From positions 256,001 through 320,000 of the forward strand of contig OZ241883.1 of NCBI GenBank assembly GCA_965203445.1: DNA of 64,000 nt. Reading direction: 5' to 3'. This document shows positions 27,648 through 37,011 of the stretch, piece after piece. The stretch's first letter is position 1. The number at the start of each line of letters is the position of its first letter. This DNA is from Candidatus Oxydemutator sp. Its GTDB lineage: Bacteria > Pseudomonadota > Gammaproteobacteria > Poriferisulfidales > Oxydemutatoraceae. The notes beneath the pieces are model-generated. The model worked only from the letters and a program-made list of their open reading frames with translations. It had not been told where the DNA came from and made no database searches. A program made the translations under genes and the position numbers.

Positions 27648-27798
27648 GGCCCATCCTCTCCTAGGGGGAGAGGATTACAGGGTTCTCGGCCCAGCTTCTC
27701 GGCCCAGCTTCTTCGGCCCATCCTCTCCATAGGGGGAGAGGATTACAGGGTTCTTGGCCCGGCCTCTTGGCCCAGCTTCTCCTAAGAGGGAGAGGGTT
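27648..27798. repeat. Tandem REP/BIME-like array: two ~67-bp units plus a partial third
   Basis: GGCCCATCCTCTCC(A)TAGGGGGAGAGGATTACAGGGTTCT twice, with GGCCCAGCTTCT sub-repeats; hairpin ATCCTCTCC/GGAGAGGAT. Confidence 0.8.
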
Positions 27799-27861
27799 CG
27801 GATTGTTAAGCTTTTACAGTCTCCGCGTCGCCGGCTATGGGGCGCCTGTTATTCTGTACCT

Positions 27862-28533
27862 ATGGAACGCATCGTCGAGCCGGAACTGATGGAGGACGCG
27901 GCCCAGGCGCGCGCCTACGCCGCCGCCGACTTTGAGCGTGCGCACTCCATGATCATGCGGTGTTTCGCGCGCTGGCTGCCCGAAGTCGGCGGCGCGTTCG
28001 ACGCCGTCGACCTCGGTTGCGGCGACGCCGACGTCGCGGTGCGCCTGGCGAAAATGCACCGGTGCGCGCGCATCGTCGCGGTCGACGGATCGCGTGAAAT
28101 GCTGCGCCACGCGCGCAAGCGGCTTGCGCGCGAGCGCCTTGCGGGGCGCGTGCGGCTGGTCGAGGCGGTGCTGCCGCACGTGCCGCTGCCCGAGGCCGGT
28201 CACGACGTCATCGTATCGAACAGCCTGCTGCACCATCTGCACGACCCGCGGGTTTTGTGGAGCACGGTGCGGCGTCTCGGCAAGCCGTCGGCAAGCGTGT
28301 TCATCGCTGATCTGGCGCGCCCGGCAAGCCGCGCGTGCGCCGCGACCCTGGTCGAACGCCACGCCGCGCGCGAGGCGCCGGTGCTCAAACGCGACTTTTA
28401 CAACTCGCTGCTCGCGGCCTTCACGCCGCGCGAGATCGAGGATCAGCTGGAACGGGCCGGGCTTGCGCGCCTTTCGGTAAGGCGCATAGACGACTACCAC
28501 GTGGCCGTCTGCGGCGGTATGGACGCGCAATGA
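27862..28533 (+). CDS. Class I SAM-dependent methyltransferase
   Basis: MERIVEPELM..QARAYA, VDLGCG, VDGSREML, SNSLLHHL, DLARP. Confidence 0.88.
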   Translation: MERIVEPELMEDAAQARAYAAADFERAHSMIMRCFARWLPEVGGAFDAVDLGCGDADVAVRLAKMHRCARIVAVDGSREMLRHARKRLARERLAGRVRLVEAVLPHVPLPEAGHDVIVSNSLLHHLHDPRVLWSTVRRLGKPSASVFIADLARPASRACAATLVERHAAREAPVLKRDFYNSLLAAFTPREIEDQLERAGLARLSVRRIDDYHVAVCGGMDAQ

Positions 28534-28547
28534 CCAGGCGCCCCGCC

Positions 28548-28624
28548 TGGTAGGCGCGGCTGGACTCGAACCAGCGACCCCCACCATGTGAAGATGGTGC
28601 TCTAACCGACTGAGCTACGCGCCC
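28548..28624 (-). tRNA. tRNA-Val (anticodon CAC)
   Basis: Cloverleaf GGGCGCG-TA-GCTC..GAGC-A-CCATC-TTCACAT-GGTGG..GCTGG-TTCGAGT-CCAGC-CGCGCCT-ACCA; CCA encoded. Confidence 0.97.
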
Positions 28625-28666
28625 TCAACTCTGCGCCGCGCGCGGCGGCTTGTACACGACGGCCAA

Positions 28667-28996
28667 TCAGTCGCGGCTTCTGGCCAGCGCGTCCTTGGCG
28701 ATCTCGTTGGCGTAAAAATCACGAATGCTGGCCACCGATTCCAGACGGTTGGCGCCGGAACCGACCAGGCACACGCCGTTCTTGTCGCATCCCCACAGCA
28801 GATACGGAGTGAAGTCCTTGAGATCGTCCGGAAACTGATCGCGGTGCGGCACACCCGCCACTTCGACCTTGTCTCCAGAACCGGCCTTGCGCAATTCCTG
28901 TTTTATGCGGGCCAACTCGGTCTTGAGGTCGCCCGCGTCGCGCCCGTCCCATTGGCCGACGACCTCGCCGGCTTTGGTAACAATGTCATCCGACAT
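28667..28996 (-). CDS. Hypothetical protein
   Basis: 109 aa globular-looking ORF, PHRDQFPDDL...LWGCDKNGVCLVG; TATAAT at 29033-29038 upstream. Confidence 0.7.
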   Translation of the reverse strand: MSDDIVTKAGEVVGQWDGRDAGDLKTELARIKQELRKAGSGDKVEVAGVPHRDQFPDDLKDFTPYLLWGCDKNGVCLVGSGANRLESVASIRDFYANEIAKDALARSRD

Positions 28997-29156
28997 GAGA
29001 TGGAACCCCCGATGGATTTGATAAAGGTACGGATTATACCCGCGACGACGGCGGATGCAATCGGCGCCCGCGCCCGTCGCGGATGCCGCGCCGTGCTATA
29101 CTCGTTCGAGCACCCTCAGGAAGTGGGGGAACCGCAAAAGCGAGAACACAACCACG

Positions 29157-29357
29157 ATGACGAAACAGGAAAAAATCCAGGCGCTGTTGGAGATGCAAAA
29201 GCGCTTTCTGGAAAAGGAAAAAAGCGACGGCGTGTCCATGGAGGAATACTTCGCCCCCTCCGACGACTCGCCGTTACACGGCTACACCAAGGATTACAAC
29301 GACCTCGCCATGGAGATCGTGGACGACGCCCACAAGGAAGTGGGGTCGAAACGCTGA
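29157..29357 (+). CDS. Small acidic hypothetical protein
   Basis: 66 aa MTKQEKIQALLEMQKRF...AHKEVGSKR; TG-C-TATACT at 29094-29102 upstream. Confidence 0.7.
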   Translation: MTKQEKIQALLEMQKRFLEKEKSDGVSMEEYFAPSDDSPLHGYTKDYNDLAMEIVDDAHKEVGSKR

Positions 29358-29379
29358 ACGCCGCGCCGCGCGTCAACGG

Positions 29380-29700
29380 ATGCGGCTGAAAGTAACCGCC
29401 GCCGGGCGCACCCGTGAGATGGAAGTGCCCGAGGATCTGCTGGTCGAGGCCGAGGATTTCTTCACCCGCCTCGACGCCGACATGGATCGGGGTTGGCAAA
29501 TGAGCCGCCGTTGGGTCGAAAACCCCGACGTCGTGCAACGGTGCCAGATTCTCGCCGACCGCATGTTGACCGCGTGGCACAAGGAAGACCCGAAGATGGC
29601 CGGCCTCGCCGCCGCCTACATCTTAAAACGCCTGCCCGGCACCCGCCACGTGACGATAGACACCGACGGCGACATGACCTTGACCCGCTTCGACGGGTAG
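29380..29700 (+). CDS. Hypothetical protein
   Basis: 106 aa, DADMDRGWQMSRRWVENP..QRCQI motif. Confidence 0.75.
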   Translation: MRLKVTAAGRTREMEVPEDLLVEAEDFFTRLDADMDRGWQMSRRWVENPDVVQRCQILADRMLTAWHKEDPKMAGLAAAYILKRLPGTRHVTIDTDGDMTLTRFDG

Positions 29701-29744
29701 CACGACGCTCGGACCGGCGGCGACTAACCTCGGGTGGAAGCGCG

Positions 29745-31079
29745 CTACGCCGCCCCGGCGCTCGGCGGCGGGCCGGCGACGAGGCGCCGGACGGCGCCGG
29801 TCAACCGCGCCAGCTCGTCGTCGCCGATCACGTACGACGGCATCAGATAGACCAGGTTTCTAAACGGGCGTACCCAGACGCCCTGCTCGGCGAAGGCGCG
29901 GCACCAAGCGCCGACGTCGACTTCCCGCTCGAGCTCGACGACGCCGACGGCGCCTAGCACGCGCACGTCGCGCACGCCCTCCAGCCGGCGGCACGGCGCA
30001 AGCCCCTCTTCAAGCAGGTTCTCGATACGCGCGACGCGCGCCCGCCAGTCCCCTCGCGCGAGCAAATCGAGGCTGGCGCAGGCGGCGGCGCAGGCGAGCG
30101 GGTTGGCCATGTAGGTCGGGCCGTGCATCAGGACGCCGGGGTCGCCGGCGTCGAGGACGTCGCTGACGCGGGCGTGGGTGACCGTCGCCGCGAGGCTCAA
30201 ATAACCCGCGCTCAGAGCCTTGCCGACGCACAGAATATCCGGCGTCGCGCCGTCTCCTCCGGCGGCGTGTCCGGCGTGTTCGAGCGCGAACATCTTCCCG
30301 GTTCTGCCGAAACCGGTCGCAATCTCGTCGAAGATCAGCAACACGCCGTGGCGGTTGCACAGACGGCGCGCGTGCTCCAGGTAGCCGGCGCCGTATATGC
30401 GCATACCGCCGGCGCCCTGCACCACCGGTTCGAATATCATCGCCGCGGTTTCGTGCGCGTGGGCCTTCAGTTTGCGCTCGAGATCGGCGACGGCCTCGTC
30501 GTCGCAGCCGCTCCCGCAGCGTGGCGCGCGCGCGAAGATCTGCCTGGGCAACGTTCCCTCGAACAGGTGGTGCATGCCGCCCACCGGATCGCAGACCGAC
30601 ATCGCCGCGAAGGTGTCGCCGTGATAGCCGTAACGAAGCGCCAGCAGCCGCGTTTTGCGCGCTTCGTTCAGCGCGCGCCAGTATTGCAGCGCGATCTTGA
30701 CCGCGACCTCGACCGCCACCGAACCCGAATCGCAAAAGAAGATTTTGTCGAGCCCCGGCGGCAGCACCGCGCACAGTTTTCTCCCCAACTCGACCGCGGC
30801 CGGGTGCGTCAGCCCGCCGAACATCACGTGCGCCATGCGCCCGAGTTGGCGTGTGACGGCGTCGTTTATCTGCGGATGGTTGTAGCCGTGGATCGCGGCC
30901 CACCACGACGACGTACCGTCCACCAGCCGCCGCCCGTCGGCCAGTTGCAGATGGACGCCGCGCGCGGCGACCACCGGCAGCGCGGCGTCGGCGGCGTTCA
31001 TCGCGCTGTACGGGTGCCACAGGTGATCGCGGTCGAAAGCCGCCATCGTCTCGTCGAAGCCGGTCATCGGCCCGTTCAC
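29745..31079 (-). CDS. bioA: Adenosylmethionine-8-amino-7-oxononanoate transaminase
   Basis: HLWHPY, SSWWAAIHGY, SGSVAVEVA, DEIATGFGRTG, GKAL, HGPTYMANPLAC. Confidence 0.96.
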   Translation of the reverse strand: MNGPMTGFDETMAAFDRDHLWHPYSAMNAADAALPVVAARGVHLQLADGRRLVDGTSSWWAAIHGYNHPQINDAVTRQLGRMAHVMFGGLTHPAAVELGRKLCAVLPPGLDKIFFCDSGSVAVEVAVKIALQYWRALNEARKTRLLALRYGYHGDTFAAMSVCDPVGGMHHLFEGTLPRQIFARAPRCGSGCDDEAVADLERKLKAHAHETAAMIFEPVVQGAGGMRIYGAGYLEHARRLCNRHGVLLIFDEIATGFGRTGKMFALEHAGHAAGGDGATPDILCVGKALSAGYLSLAATVTHARVSDVLDAGDPGVLMHGPTYMANPLACAAACASLDLLARGDWRARVARIENLLEEGLAPCRRLEGVRDVRVLGAVGVVELEREVDVGAWCRAFAEQGVWVRPFRNLVYLMPSYVIGDDELARLTGAVRRLVAGPPPSAGAA

Positions 31080-31094
31080 GCCGGCGCGGGAATA

Positions 31095-31484
31095 TCAGAC
31101 GTCCGCGATGGGCGGATGGTAGATCATCTGCACGCGGTTGCCCGCCGGGTCGCGGCAGTAGAAACTGCGCGCGCCGTCGCGGTGGGTTTTCGGCGACGCC
31201 TCGACGGCGACGTCGTGCGCCGCCAGAAAGCGGTGCCAGGCGTCCACGTCGCCGGCGCGCCGCAACACGATGCCGACGTGGTCGAGCGCCCCTCCCTGCA
31301 CGGCGTCGCGTGCGCGGTGCAGCGCGAGGTTGTCCGCGCCCGAAGTCAGATAAACGTTGTCGTCGTCGGGACGCCACTCGACGCGGTAGCCGAGCAACCC
31401 GACGTAGAATTGCTCGCAGGATTCGAGGTCCGCCACGACCAACGCAACGTGGCGCAACCCGGCGATTGCAGGAGGGGTTTCCAT
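31095..31484 (-). CDS. VOC/glyoxalase family protein
   Basis: GLRHVAL, LDHVG, HRDGARSFYCRDPAGN. Confidence 0.88.
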   Translation of the reverse strand: METPPAIAGLRHVALVVADLESCEQFYVGLLGYRVEWRPDDDNVYLTSGADNLALHRARDAVQGGALDHVGIVLRRAGDVDAWHRFLAAHDVAVEASPKTHRDGARSFYCRDPAGNRVQMIYHPPIADV

Positions 31485-31677
31485 ATTCCATGGGTGGTCG
31501 TTCGTCGGCTATTTTATACCGCCTATCGCAAAACGCGACGCCAAGCGCCGATACCGGCGTATGTTTTGCCCGCCCCGAAAGAGGCAAAGTTTCAGCCGTG
31601 AAATCAGGTACAATGCATACATTACGCCCAAACGTGGCAACGTGTTCCACGCACTTTCCGCCATGAGGCCGTCGCTG

Positions 31678-32559
31678 ATGAAATCAGAGCGCACCTATCG
31701 CAACAAAGTTTTTTATCAATCGGCGGAAAGGATGGCCGAATTGCCGGATGGCGTCGTGCAGCTGGCGGTGACCTCCCCACCGTACTTCAATATCAAGGAT
31801 TATTCGCAAAACGGCTACCAGGATAGTCGGCACTCCGCACCGGAAGGGGATGACATCGGCGGAATCAACGATTACAAAGCGTATCTTGAGCACCTGCTGT
31901 GCGTGTGGAAAGAGTGTGAGCGCGTGCTCAAACCAAACGGCAAATTGTGCGTGAACGTGCCTCTGATGCCGATGCTGAAAAACGACGTAGCGACCCACTA
32001 CAATCGCCACATTTTCGACCTGCAAAGCGACGTTCAGCACGCGATTTTGGAAAGCACCGGACTGTTTCTGATGGACGTCTACATATGGAACCGCACCAAT
32101 CCGTCCAAAAGCCTGATGTTCGGCAGTTACCCTTTCCCGTGCAATTTTTACGCTCAGAACACCGTCGAGTTCATCACGGTTTACGTCAAGGACGGCAAAC
32201 CAGAAAACGACGTTTCGCCGGCGGCCAAACGGGCCAGTCGTCTGTCCCAAAAAGAATGGCGCGAGTTCACGAAACAAATATGGGACTTGCCCATTCCCGG
32301 CAGAAATGATCTCGCGTTCGGGAAACATCCGGCGCTCATGCCGGAGGAAATAGCGTATCGCTGCATACGCCTGTTTTCCTTCGTCGGCGACGTAGTCCTG
32401 GATCCTTTCGCCGGCAGCGGCACAACCTTGAAAGTGGCGAAACAACTGCAAAGAAAATACGTCGGCTATGAAATATATTCCGCCTATCGCCGGATCATCG
32501 AGCAGAAACTCGCCTCGGCGGATCAAACGGATTTCTTGTATGCAGAAGCTTATCAATAA
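31678..32559 (+). CDS. Beta-class amino DNA methyltransferase, probably m4C (M2.MboII-like)
   Basis: Motif IV TSPPY before motif I DPFAGSGTT; lower GC. Confidence 0.88.
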   Translation: MKSERTYRNKVFYQSAERMAELPDGVVQLAVTSPPYFNIKDYSQNGYQDSRHSAPEGDDIGGINDYKAYLEHLLCVWKECERVLKPNGKLCVNVPLMPMLKNDVATHYNRHIFDLQSDVQHAILESTGLFLMDVYIWNRTNPSKSLMFGSYPFPCNFYAQNTVEFITVYVKDGKPENDVSPAAKRASRLSQKEWREFTKQIWDLPIPGRNDLAFGKHPALMPEEIAYRCIRLFSFVGDVVLDPFAGSGTTLKVAKQLQRKYVGYEIYSAYRRIIEQKLASADQTDFLYAEAYQ

Positions 32560-33322
32560 GATAGTCCTCGACGATTGTTTTTCTTTTCTCGCGCGATTGC
32601 CTGAGGATGCCATTGACCTCGCCGTCATAGATCCCCCTTACAACATGGGCAAGGGCAGTTGGGACTCTTTTCGCAACCAGGACAATTTTTTTGCGTTCAC
32701 GGCAAAGTGGCTGGATGAACTACTGCCCAAGATGAAAACCACCGGGAGCCTGTATATATTCAACAATCCGTTTAACAGCGCCTATATTTTGCGGATGCTG
32801 GTAGAACGCAACGTCGTGTTCAGAAATTGGATCACGTGGTATAAAAAAGACGGCCTCAGCGCGTCGAAGAACAAATATGTGACCAACCAGGAGACGATTT
32901 TGTTCTTCACGATGGGCGAGAATTATTGTTTTAACGCGGATGACGTCCGGGAGCCGTATTTGTCCGGTGATCGCATGAAGCACGCGGCCAGGAAGGGCAT
33001 ATTGAAGAATGGAAAGAGGTGGTACCCCGATCCGAGAGGACGTTTGTGTGCCGACGTGTGGGAATTCTCGAGCCACCGCCACAAAACAAAAGTCAACGGG
33101 AAAATAATCAAGCCCGATCATCCGACGCCCAAACCGGAAGATCTGATAACGCGCATGGTGACCGCCAGCAGCGAACCGGACGACGTTGTGCTGGACATGT
33201 TCAGCGGCACCGGAACTACCGCGTTGGTTTGTAAGAGGTTGGGACGCCGGTTCGTCGGTTTTGAAAAAGACCCTGAGTACCATGCCCACTTGCAGAAAAG
33301 GTTGGAACGTGTTCTTGCATAA
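32540..33322 (+). CDS. Beta-class m6A DNA methyltransferase (M1.MboII-like)
   Basis: IDPPYN, KGILKNGKRWYP..RGRLC..VW.FSS.RHK.KVNGK, HPTPKP, DMFSGTGTT. Confidence 0.9.
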   Translation: MQKLINKIVLDDCFSFLARLPEDAIDLAVIDPPYNMGKGSWDSFRNQDNFFAFTAKWLDELLPKMKTTGSLYIFNNPFNSAYILRMLVERNVVFRNWITWYKKDGLSASKNKYVTNQETILFFTMGENYCFNADDVREPYLSGDRMKHAARKGILKNGKRWYPDPRGRLCADVWEFSSHRHKTKVNGKIIKPDHPTPKPEDLITRMVTASSEPDDVVLDMFSGTGTTALVCKRLGRRFVGFEKDPEYHAHLQKRLERVLA

Positions 33323-34685
33323 CCAGATAGAAGACCTGCCCAATTATCACGACGCTATCGGCGACCAGCTCGAAAAGGCGCGCAGGGTCGCTCTTGTCGT
33401 CTCTTACGTCCAACGGTCGGGCGTCGCCGCCTTGAAGAAACGTATGGCTGAAATCGGCGGCAATATCCGTCTGGTCTGTAGTTTCGATATGGAAATTACC
33501 GATCCGCTGGCCATCAAACAGTTGATGGACATGGGCGCAACGGTCAAGATTTATCAAGCGCAAAGAGGTACTTTACACGCCAAACTCTGGTTGTTTAAGA
33601 ATGTCGAGGGATATTGGAATTGCATAGTCGGTTCTGCCAATTTGTCCGCCCACGCGCTACACGATAACGTAGAAGCCGGCGTGTTGATAGCAGGCAAGGA
33701 TAATCGAGAAGCGGTCGGCGAGGCATTGAAGATATTTGATTTCCTATGGAACGGAGACAACTGCCGCGAACTGACGAACGAGGATATTGAAACGTGGATA
33801 CAAGAGCGGGATAAGAGGGAAAAAATAAAACTGCGTTCCCCAAGACCTTTGTCTCCTGATGAAGGCATGGTTGTTCTGGAAGATTTTGTCAAAAGCTGGA
33901 TTGACATTGGAGTCGACGCACCGGCAGGCGGTGAAAAAACGGGCATAAGGGGAAGGCTTTGGCGCGGTTGGTACATTATTCCCGACCAAGGCTACATTGA
34001 CGATGAGTTGATGGATCGCCTCCACGGGATTTGCAAAATCATCTCTTCCGAAGAAACGATTATGGATATTTCATCCGGCAGCAAAGACGGACGGTTTGGC
34101 GGCATTCTTGAGATAGTGGAGGGGAAGCTTATCCGTCCCAAACGCAAAATGGACTCACGCCAGTTGTTTGTCCGACAAGAAAAGAATTATTTGATTCGTC
34201 TTGGTTTCGCGGTTCATCCCGAAAAGTCGAACGGAAAACCGGATCGCAACGTGCTGAGACTGACGGAACACGGGAAAAGATTTTCTCTCGCGGCAAAGAT
34301 CAATGAAAAAAAGAAAAATTACACGGAAGCCATGCGGGAGTACTTGTACAACGGCCTGCCTTTGCTGCAATTTACATACGGGTTGCTGAAACGAACGAGA
34401 AGCGTGAGCTTTACGGAATTCAGTTTTTTTGCCAGCCATGCGTATTCTCTCGACGAACTCGATAGTATTGCCGGTCTCGTACATATTTATCGAAATCTTC
34501 CGCCTGAGTCCCGAAAGCGTTTCGAGGTGGACGTGGATGCATATTTCCATGAGAAGTTGGAACCCACCGCGACCAACGTCAGGGGAAACTACGACAAGAA
34601 AGTCAAACACACCATGTCGGCCCTCGGTTGGTGCGCGGGATTGCAGTTTGATTCCGCCGAAAAAGAATTGCGGTTGGCAGAGTGA
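33309..34685 (+). CDS. PLD-family (HKD) nuclease, putative type IIS restriction endonuclease
   Basis: LHAKLWLF...IVGSANLS...NVEAG single PLD motif; GTG 33309 overlaps the MTase end; C-terminal helical domain. Confidence 0.8.
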   Translation: MFLHNQIEDLPNYHDAIGDQLEKARRVALVVSYVQRSGVAALKKRMAEIGGNIRLVCSFDMEITDPLAIKQLMDMGATVKIYQAQRGTLHAKLWLFKNVEGYWNCIVGSANLSAHALHDNVEAGVLIAGKDNREAVGEALKIFDFLWNGDNCRELTNEDIETWIQERDKREKIKLRSPRPLSPDEGMVVLEDFVKSWIDIGVDAPAGGEKTGIRGRLWRGWYIIPDQGYIDDELMDRLHGICKIISSEETIMDISSGSKDGRFGGILEIVEGKLIRPKRKMDSRQLFVRQEKNYLIRLGFAVHPEKSNGKPDRNVLRLTEHGKRFSLAAKINEKKKNYTEAMREYLYNGLPLLQFTYGLLKRTRSVSFTEFSFFASHAYSLDELDSIAGLVHIYRNLPPESRKRFEVDVDAYFHEKLEPTATNVRGNYDKKVKHTMSALGWCAGLQFDSAEKELRLAE

Positions 34686-34726
34686 GGCGATGGGATCAGC
34701 ATCGGCGCCCTTCGCGGCGCGTCGCT

Positions 34727-35143
34727 TTACGTCTCGACGATCTCGTAGTCGTAGGTAACGGCGGCGGTTTTCTCGAGCATCTTCGACACCGACGAATGCT
34801 TTTCGGCGGAGGCGCGTACCGCCTTGCGCACCTCGTTCTCGTCCAGATCGCGTCCGCGCACGATGAAGTGGCCGTGGATGCGCGTGAACACCGCGGGTTC
34901 GGTTGCGGCGCGTTCGGCTTCGAGCGCGATCTCGACGCCGTGCACGTCCTGCCCGGCGCCTTTCAGCAGCTGCACGACGTCGAAACCGCTGCACCCGCCC
35001 AAGCCCATCAACACCATCTCCATCGGTCGCGGCGCCAGGTTGCGCCCGCCGGCCGCGGGCGCGCCGTCCATTGTGACGCTGTGGCCGGAACCGGACTCGC
35101 CGAGAAACGACACGCGCCCGGTCCATTTTACGTTTGCCTTCAT
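34727..35143 (-). CDS. OsmC/YhfA family protein
   Basis: SGSGH, PRPMEMVLMGLGGCSGFDV, FTRIH. Confidence 0.88.
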   Translation of the reverse strand: MKANVKWTGRVSFLGESGSGHSVTMDGAPAAGGRNLAPRPMEMVLMGLGGCSGFDVVQLLKGAGQDVHGVEIALEAERAATEPAVFTRIHGHFIVRGRDLDENEVRKAVRASAEKHSSVSKMLEKTAAVTYDYEIVET

Positions 35144-35958
35144 CGCGCCGCGTCCGCGAGCAGACTTTGCAGCTTCGCGCCCGGGTCGTCGGCCGTCATC
35201 AGCGTCTCGCCGATCAGGCAGGCGTGGATCGCGCCGTCGCGCAGGCGCCGCAGGTCGGCGCCACAACGGATGCCGCTCTCGGCGACGACGATCTTGTCGT
35301 CGGGGACGCCGGGTGCCATCCGCAGGCTGGTATCGAGGGACGTCTCGAAGGTCGTGAGATCGCGGTTATTGACGCCGATCAACTCGAGGTCGGCGCCGAG
35401 CGCCAGCGCGCGCCCGAGTTCGGTCTCGTCGTGCACTTCGGCGAGCACGTCCATGCCGAGCTCGATGGCCAGCGCGAACAACTCGCGCATCAATCCGTCG
35501 TCCGGCAGGGCGGCCGCGATCAACAACAGCGCGTCGGCGCCGAGCGCCTTGCTTTCGTAGATCTGGTACGGGTCCATGATGAAGTCCTTGCGCAGCACTG
35601 GCAGCGCGCAGTGGCGGCGCACGAGATCGAGGATCGCGCCCGAACCGCGGAAAAAGCGGGTATCGGTCACCACCGACACGCACGCGGCACCCGCCGCCTG
35701 GTAGCCGCGCGCGATTGCAATCGGATCAAACGACTCGCGCAGCGTCCCCTTGCTCGGCGACGCGCGCTTGATCTCGGCGATGACCGCGGTCTCCCTGCGC
35801 GACGCGCGGCTTTTGATGCTTTGCGCAAAACCGCGCGCGCCGGGTTGTTCGGCGGCAAGTTCGCGCAGTTGCGCAAGGCCGTGCCTGGCGCGCCGCTCGT
35901 CAATCTCCTCGCGCTTGTGGGCGAGAATGCGTTCGAGCATCGAAGGCTGGGCCGACAT
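35140..35958 (-). CDS. trpC: Indole-3-glycerol phosphate synthase
   Basis: IAEIKRASPSKG, LRKDF, GVNNRDL, AESGI, LIGE. Confidence 0.97.
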   Translation of the reverse strand: MSAQPSMLERILAHKREEIDERRARHGLAQLRELAAEQPGARGFAQSIKSRASRRETAVIAEIKRASPSKGTLRESFDPIAIARGYQAAGAACVSVVTDTRFFRGSGAILDLVRRHCALPVLRKDFIMDPYQIYESKALGADALLLIAAALPDDGLMRELFALAIELGMDVLAEVHDETELGRALALGADLELIGVNNRDLTTFETSLDTSLRMAPGVPDDKIVVAESGIRCGADLRRLRDGAIHACLIGETLMTADDPGAKLQSLLADAAR

Positions 35959-35961
35959 CGC

Positions 35962-37011
35962 CTACGCCGCCAGTTCGCGGCTTGTCGCAACGAGCGCCTC
36001 GAGTTTGGCCGCGGCCGCGCCTTGTTGCAGCGCGCGGCGCGCCATCTCCGCGCCGGCGCGCAGATCGGGCGCGCGGCCGGCGACGTAGAGCGCGGCACCC
36101 GCGTTGGCGACGACGGCGTCGGTGGCGGCGCCCTGCTCGCCGGCGAGCACCGCGCGCAATCGCGCGAGGCCGTCGGCCACCGACGATACGCGCAGTTCGC
36201 CGGCGTCCGCGCGGCGCTGGCCGAAATCCTCGGGCGTCACCGTGTAGCGCCGGCGCTCGCCCTCGATCAGCTCAAACACCCGCGTCGGCGCCGCGCTGCT
36301 GATCTCGTCGAGGCCGTCGTCGGAATGCACCGTGAGCACGCGCCGCACGCCGGTGGCGGCGGCGGTCTCGGCCATCGGTTCGAGCCATTTGCGGTCGAAT
36401 ACCCCGATCACGCGGCAGCGCGCGCGCGCCGGGTTCAGCAACGGCCCCAGCAGATTGAAGATCGTGCGCGTGGCGACGGCTTTGCGCGCGGCGGCGACGT
36501 GCTTCATCGCCGGATGGAAGCACGGCGCAAACAGGAACGCGATGCCGGTGCGCGCGAGACATTCGGCGGCCCGGGGCGCGTCCAGTTCGAGCGTAACGCC
36601 GGCCGCCTCGAGCACGTCGGCGCTGCCGCTGGTACTCGAAACCGCGCGATTGCCGTGTTTGGCGACGCGCGCGCCGGCGCCGGCCGCGGCCAGCGCCGCG
36701 CCGGTCGAGACGTTGAAGGTGCCGGCGCCGTCGCCGCCGGTGCCGCAGGTGTCGAGCAGATCATCCGCCGGCACGTCCATGGTCACCGCAAATCGCATCA
36801 GCACGCGCACCGCCGCCGCAAGCTCGGCCGCGCTCTCGCCCTTGTCGCGCAGCGCCATGAGCAGGTCGCGCGCGCGCTCGACGTCGGCGTCGCCGGATAC
36901 CAGCGCGCGCATCGAAGCACTCATCGCGGCGTCGTCGAGGTCGCCGCCGCGCCCCAACGTTGCGACGGCCGCGGCAATCGGATCGGGCGCGTCGGACGGC
37001 TCAGGCGGCAT
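35962..37011 (-). CDS. trpD: Anthranilate phosphoribosyltransferase
   Basis: [40 protein letters not shown]. Confidence 0.97.
   Translation of the reverse strand: MPPEPSDAPDPIAAAVATLGRGGDLDDAAMSASMRALVSGDADVERARDLLMALRDKGESAAELAAAVRVLMRFAVTMDVPADDLLDTCGTGGDGAGTFNVSTGAALAAAGAGARVAKHGNRAVSSTSGSADVLEAAGVTLELDAPRAAECLARTGIAFLFAPCFHPAMKHVAAARKAVATRTIFNLLGPLLNPARARCRVIGVFDRKWLEPMAETAAATGVRRVLTVHSDDGLDEISSAAPTRVFELIEGERRRYTVTPEDFGQRRADAGELRVSSVADGLARLRAVLAGEQGAATDAVVANAGAALYVAGRAPDLRAGAEMARRALQQGAAAAKLEALVATSRELAA

Noticed and set aside
27648-27798. Palindromic repeats as a mini CRISPR array
   Set aside because: The intervening sequences resemble each other and consist of GGCCCAGCTTCT sub-repeats; better explained as REP/BIME-like.
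28548-28624. tRNA-Val as the integration site of the R-M island
   Set aside because: No duplicated tRNA 3' end or integrase noticed, and core genes such as bioA separate it from the island.
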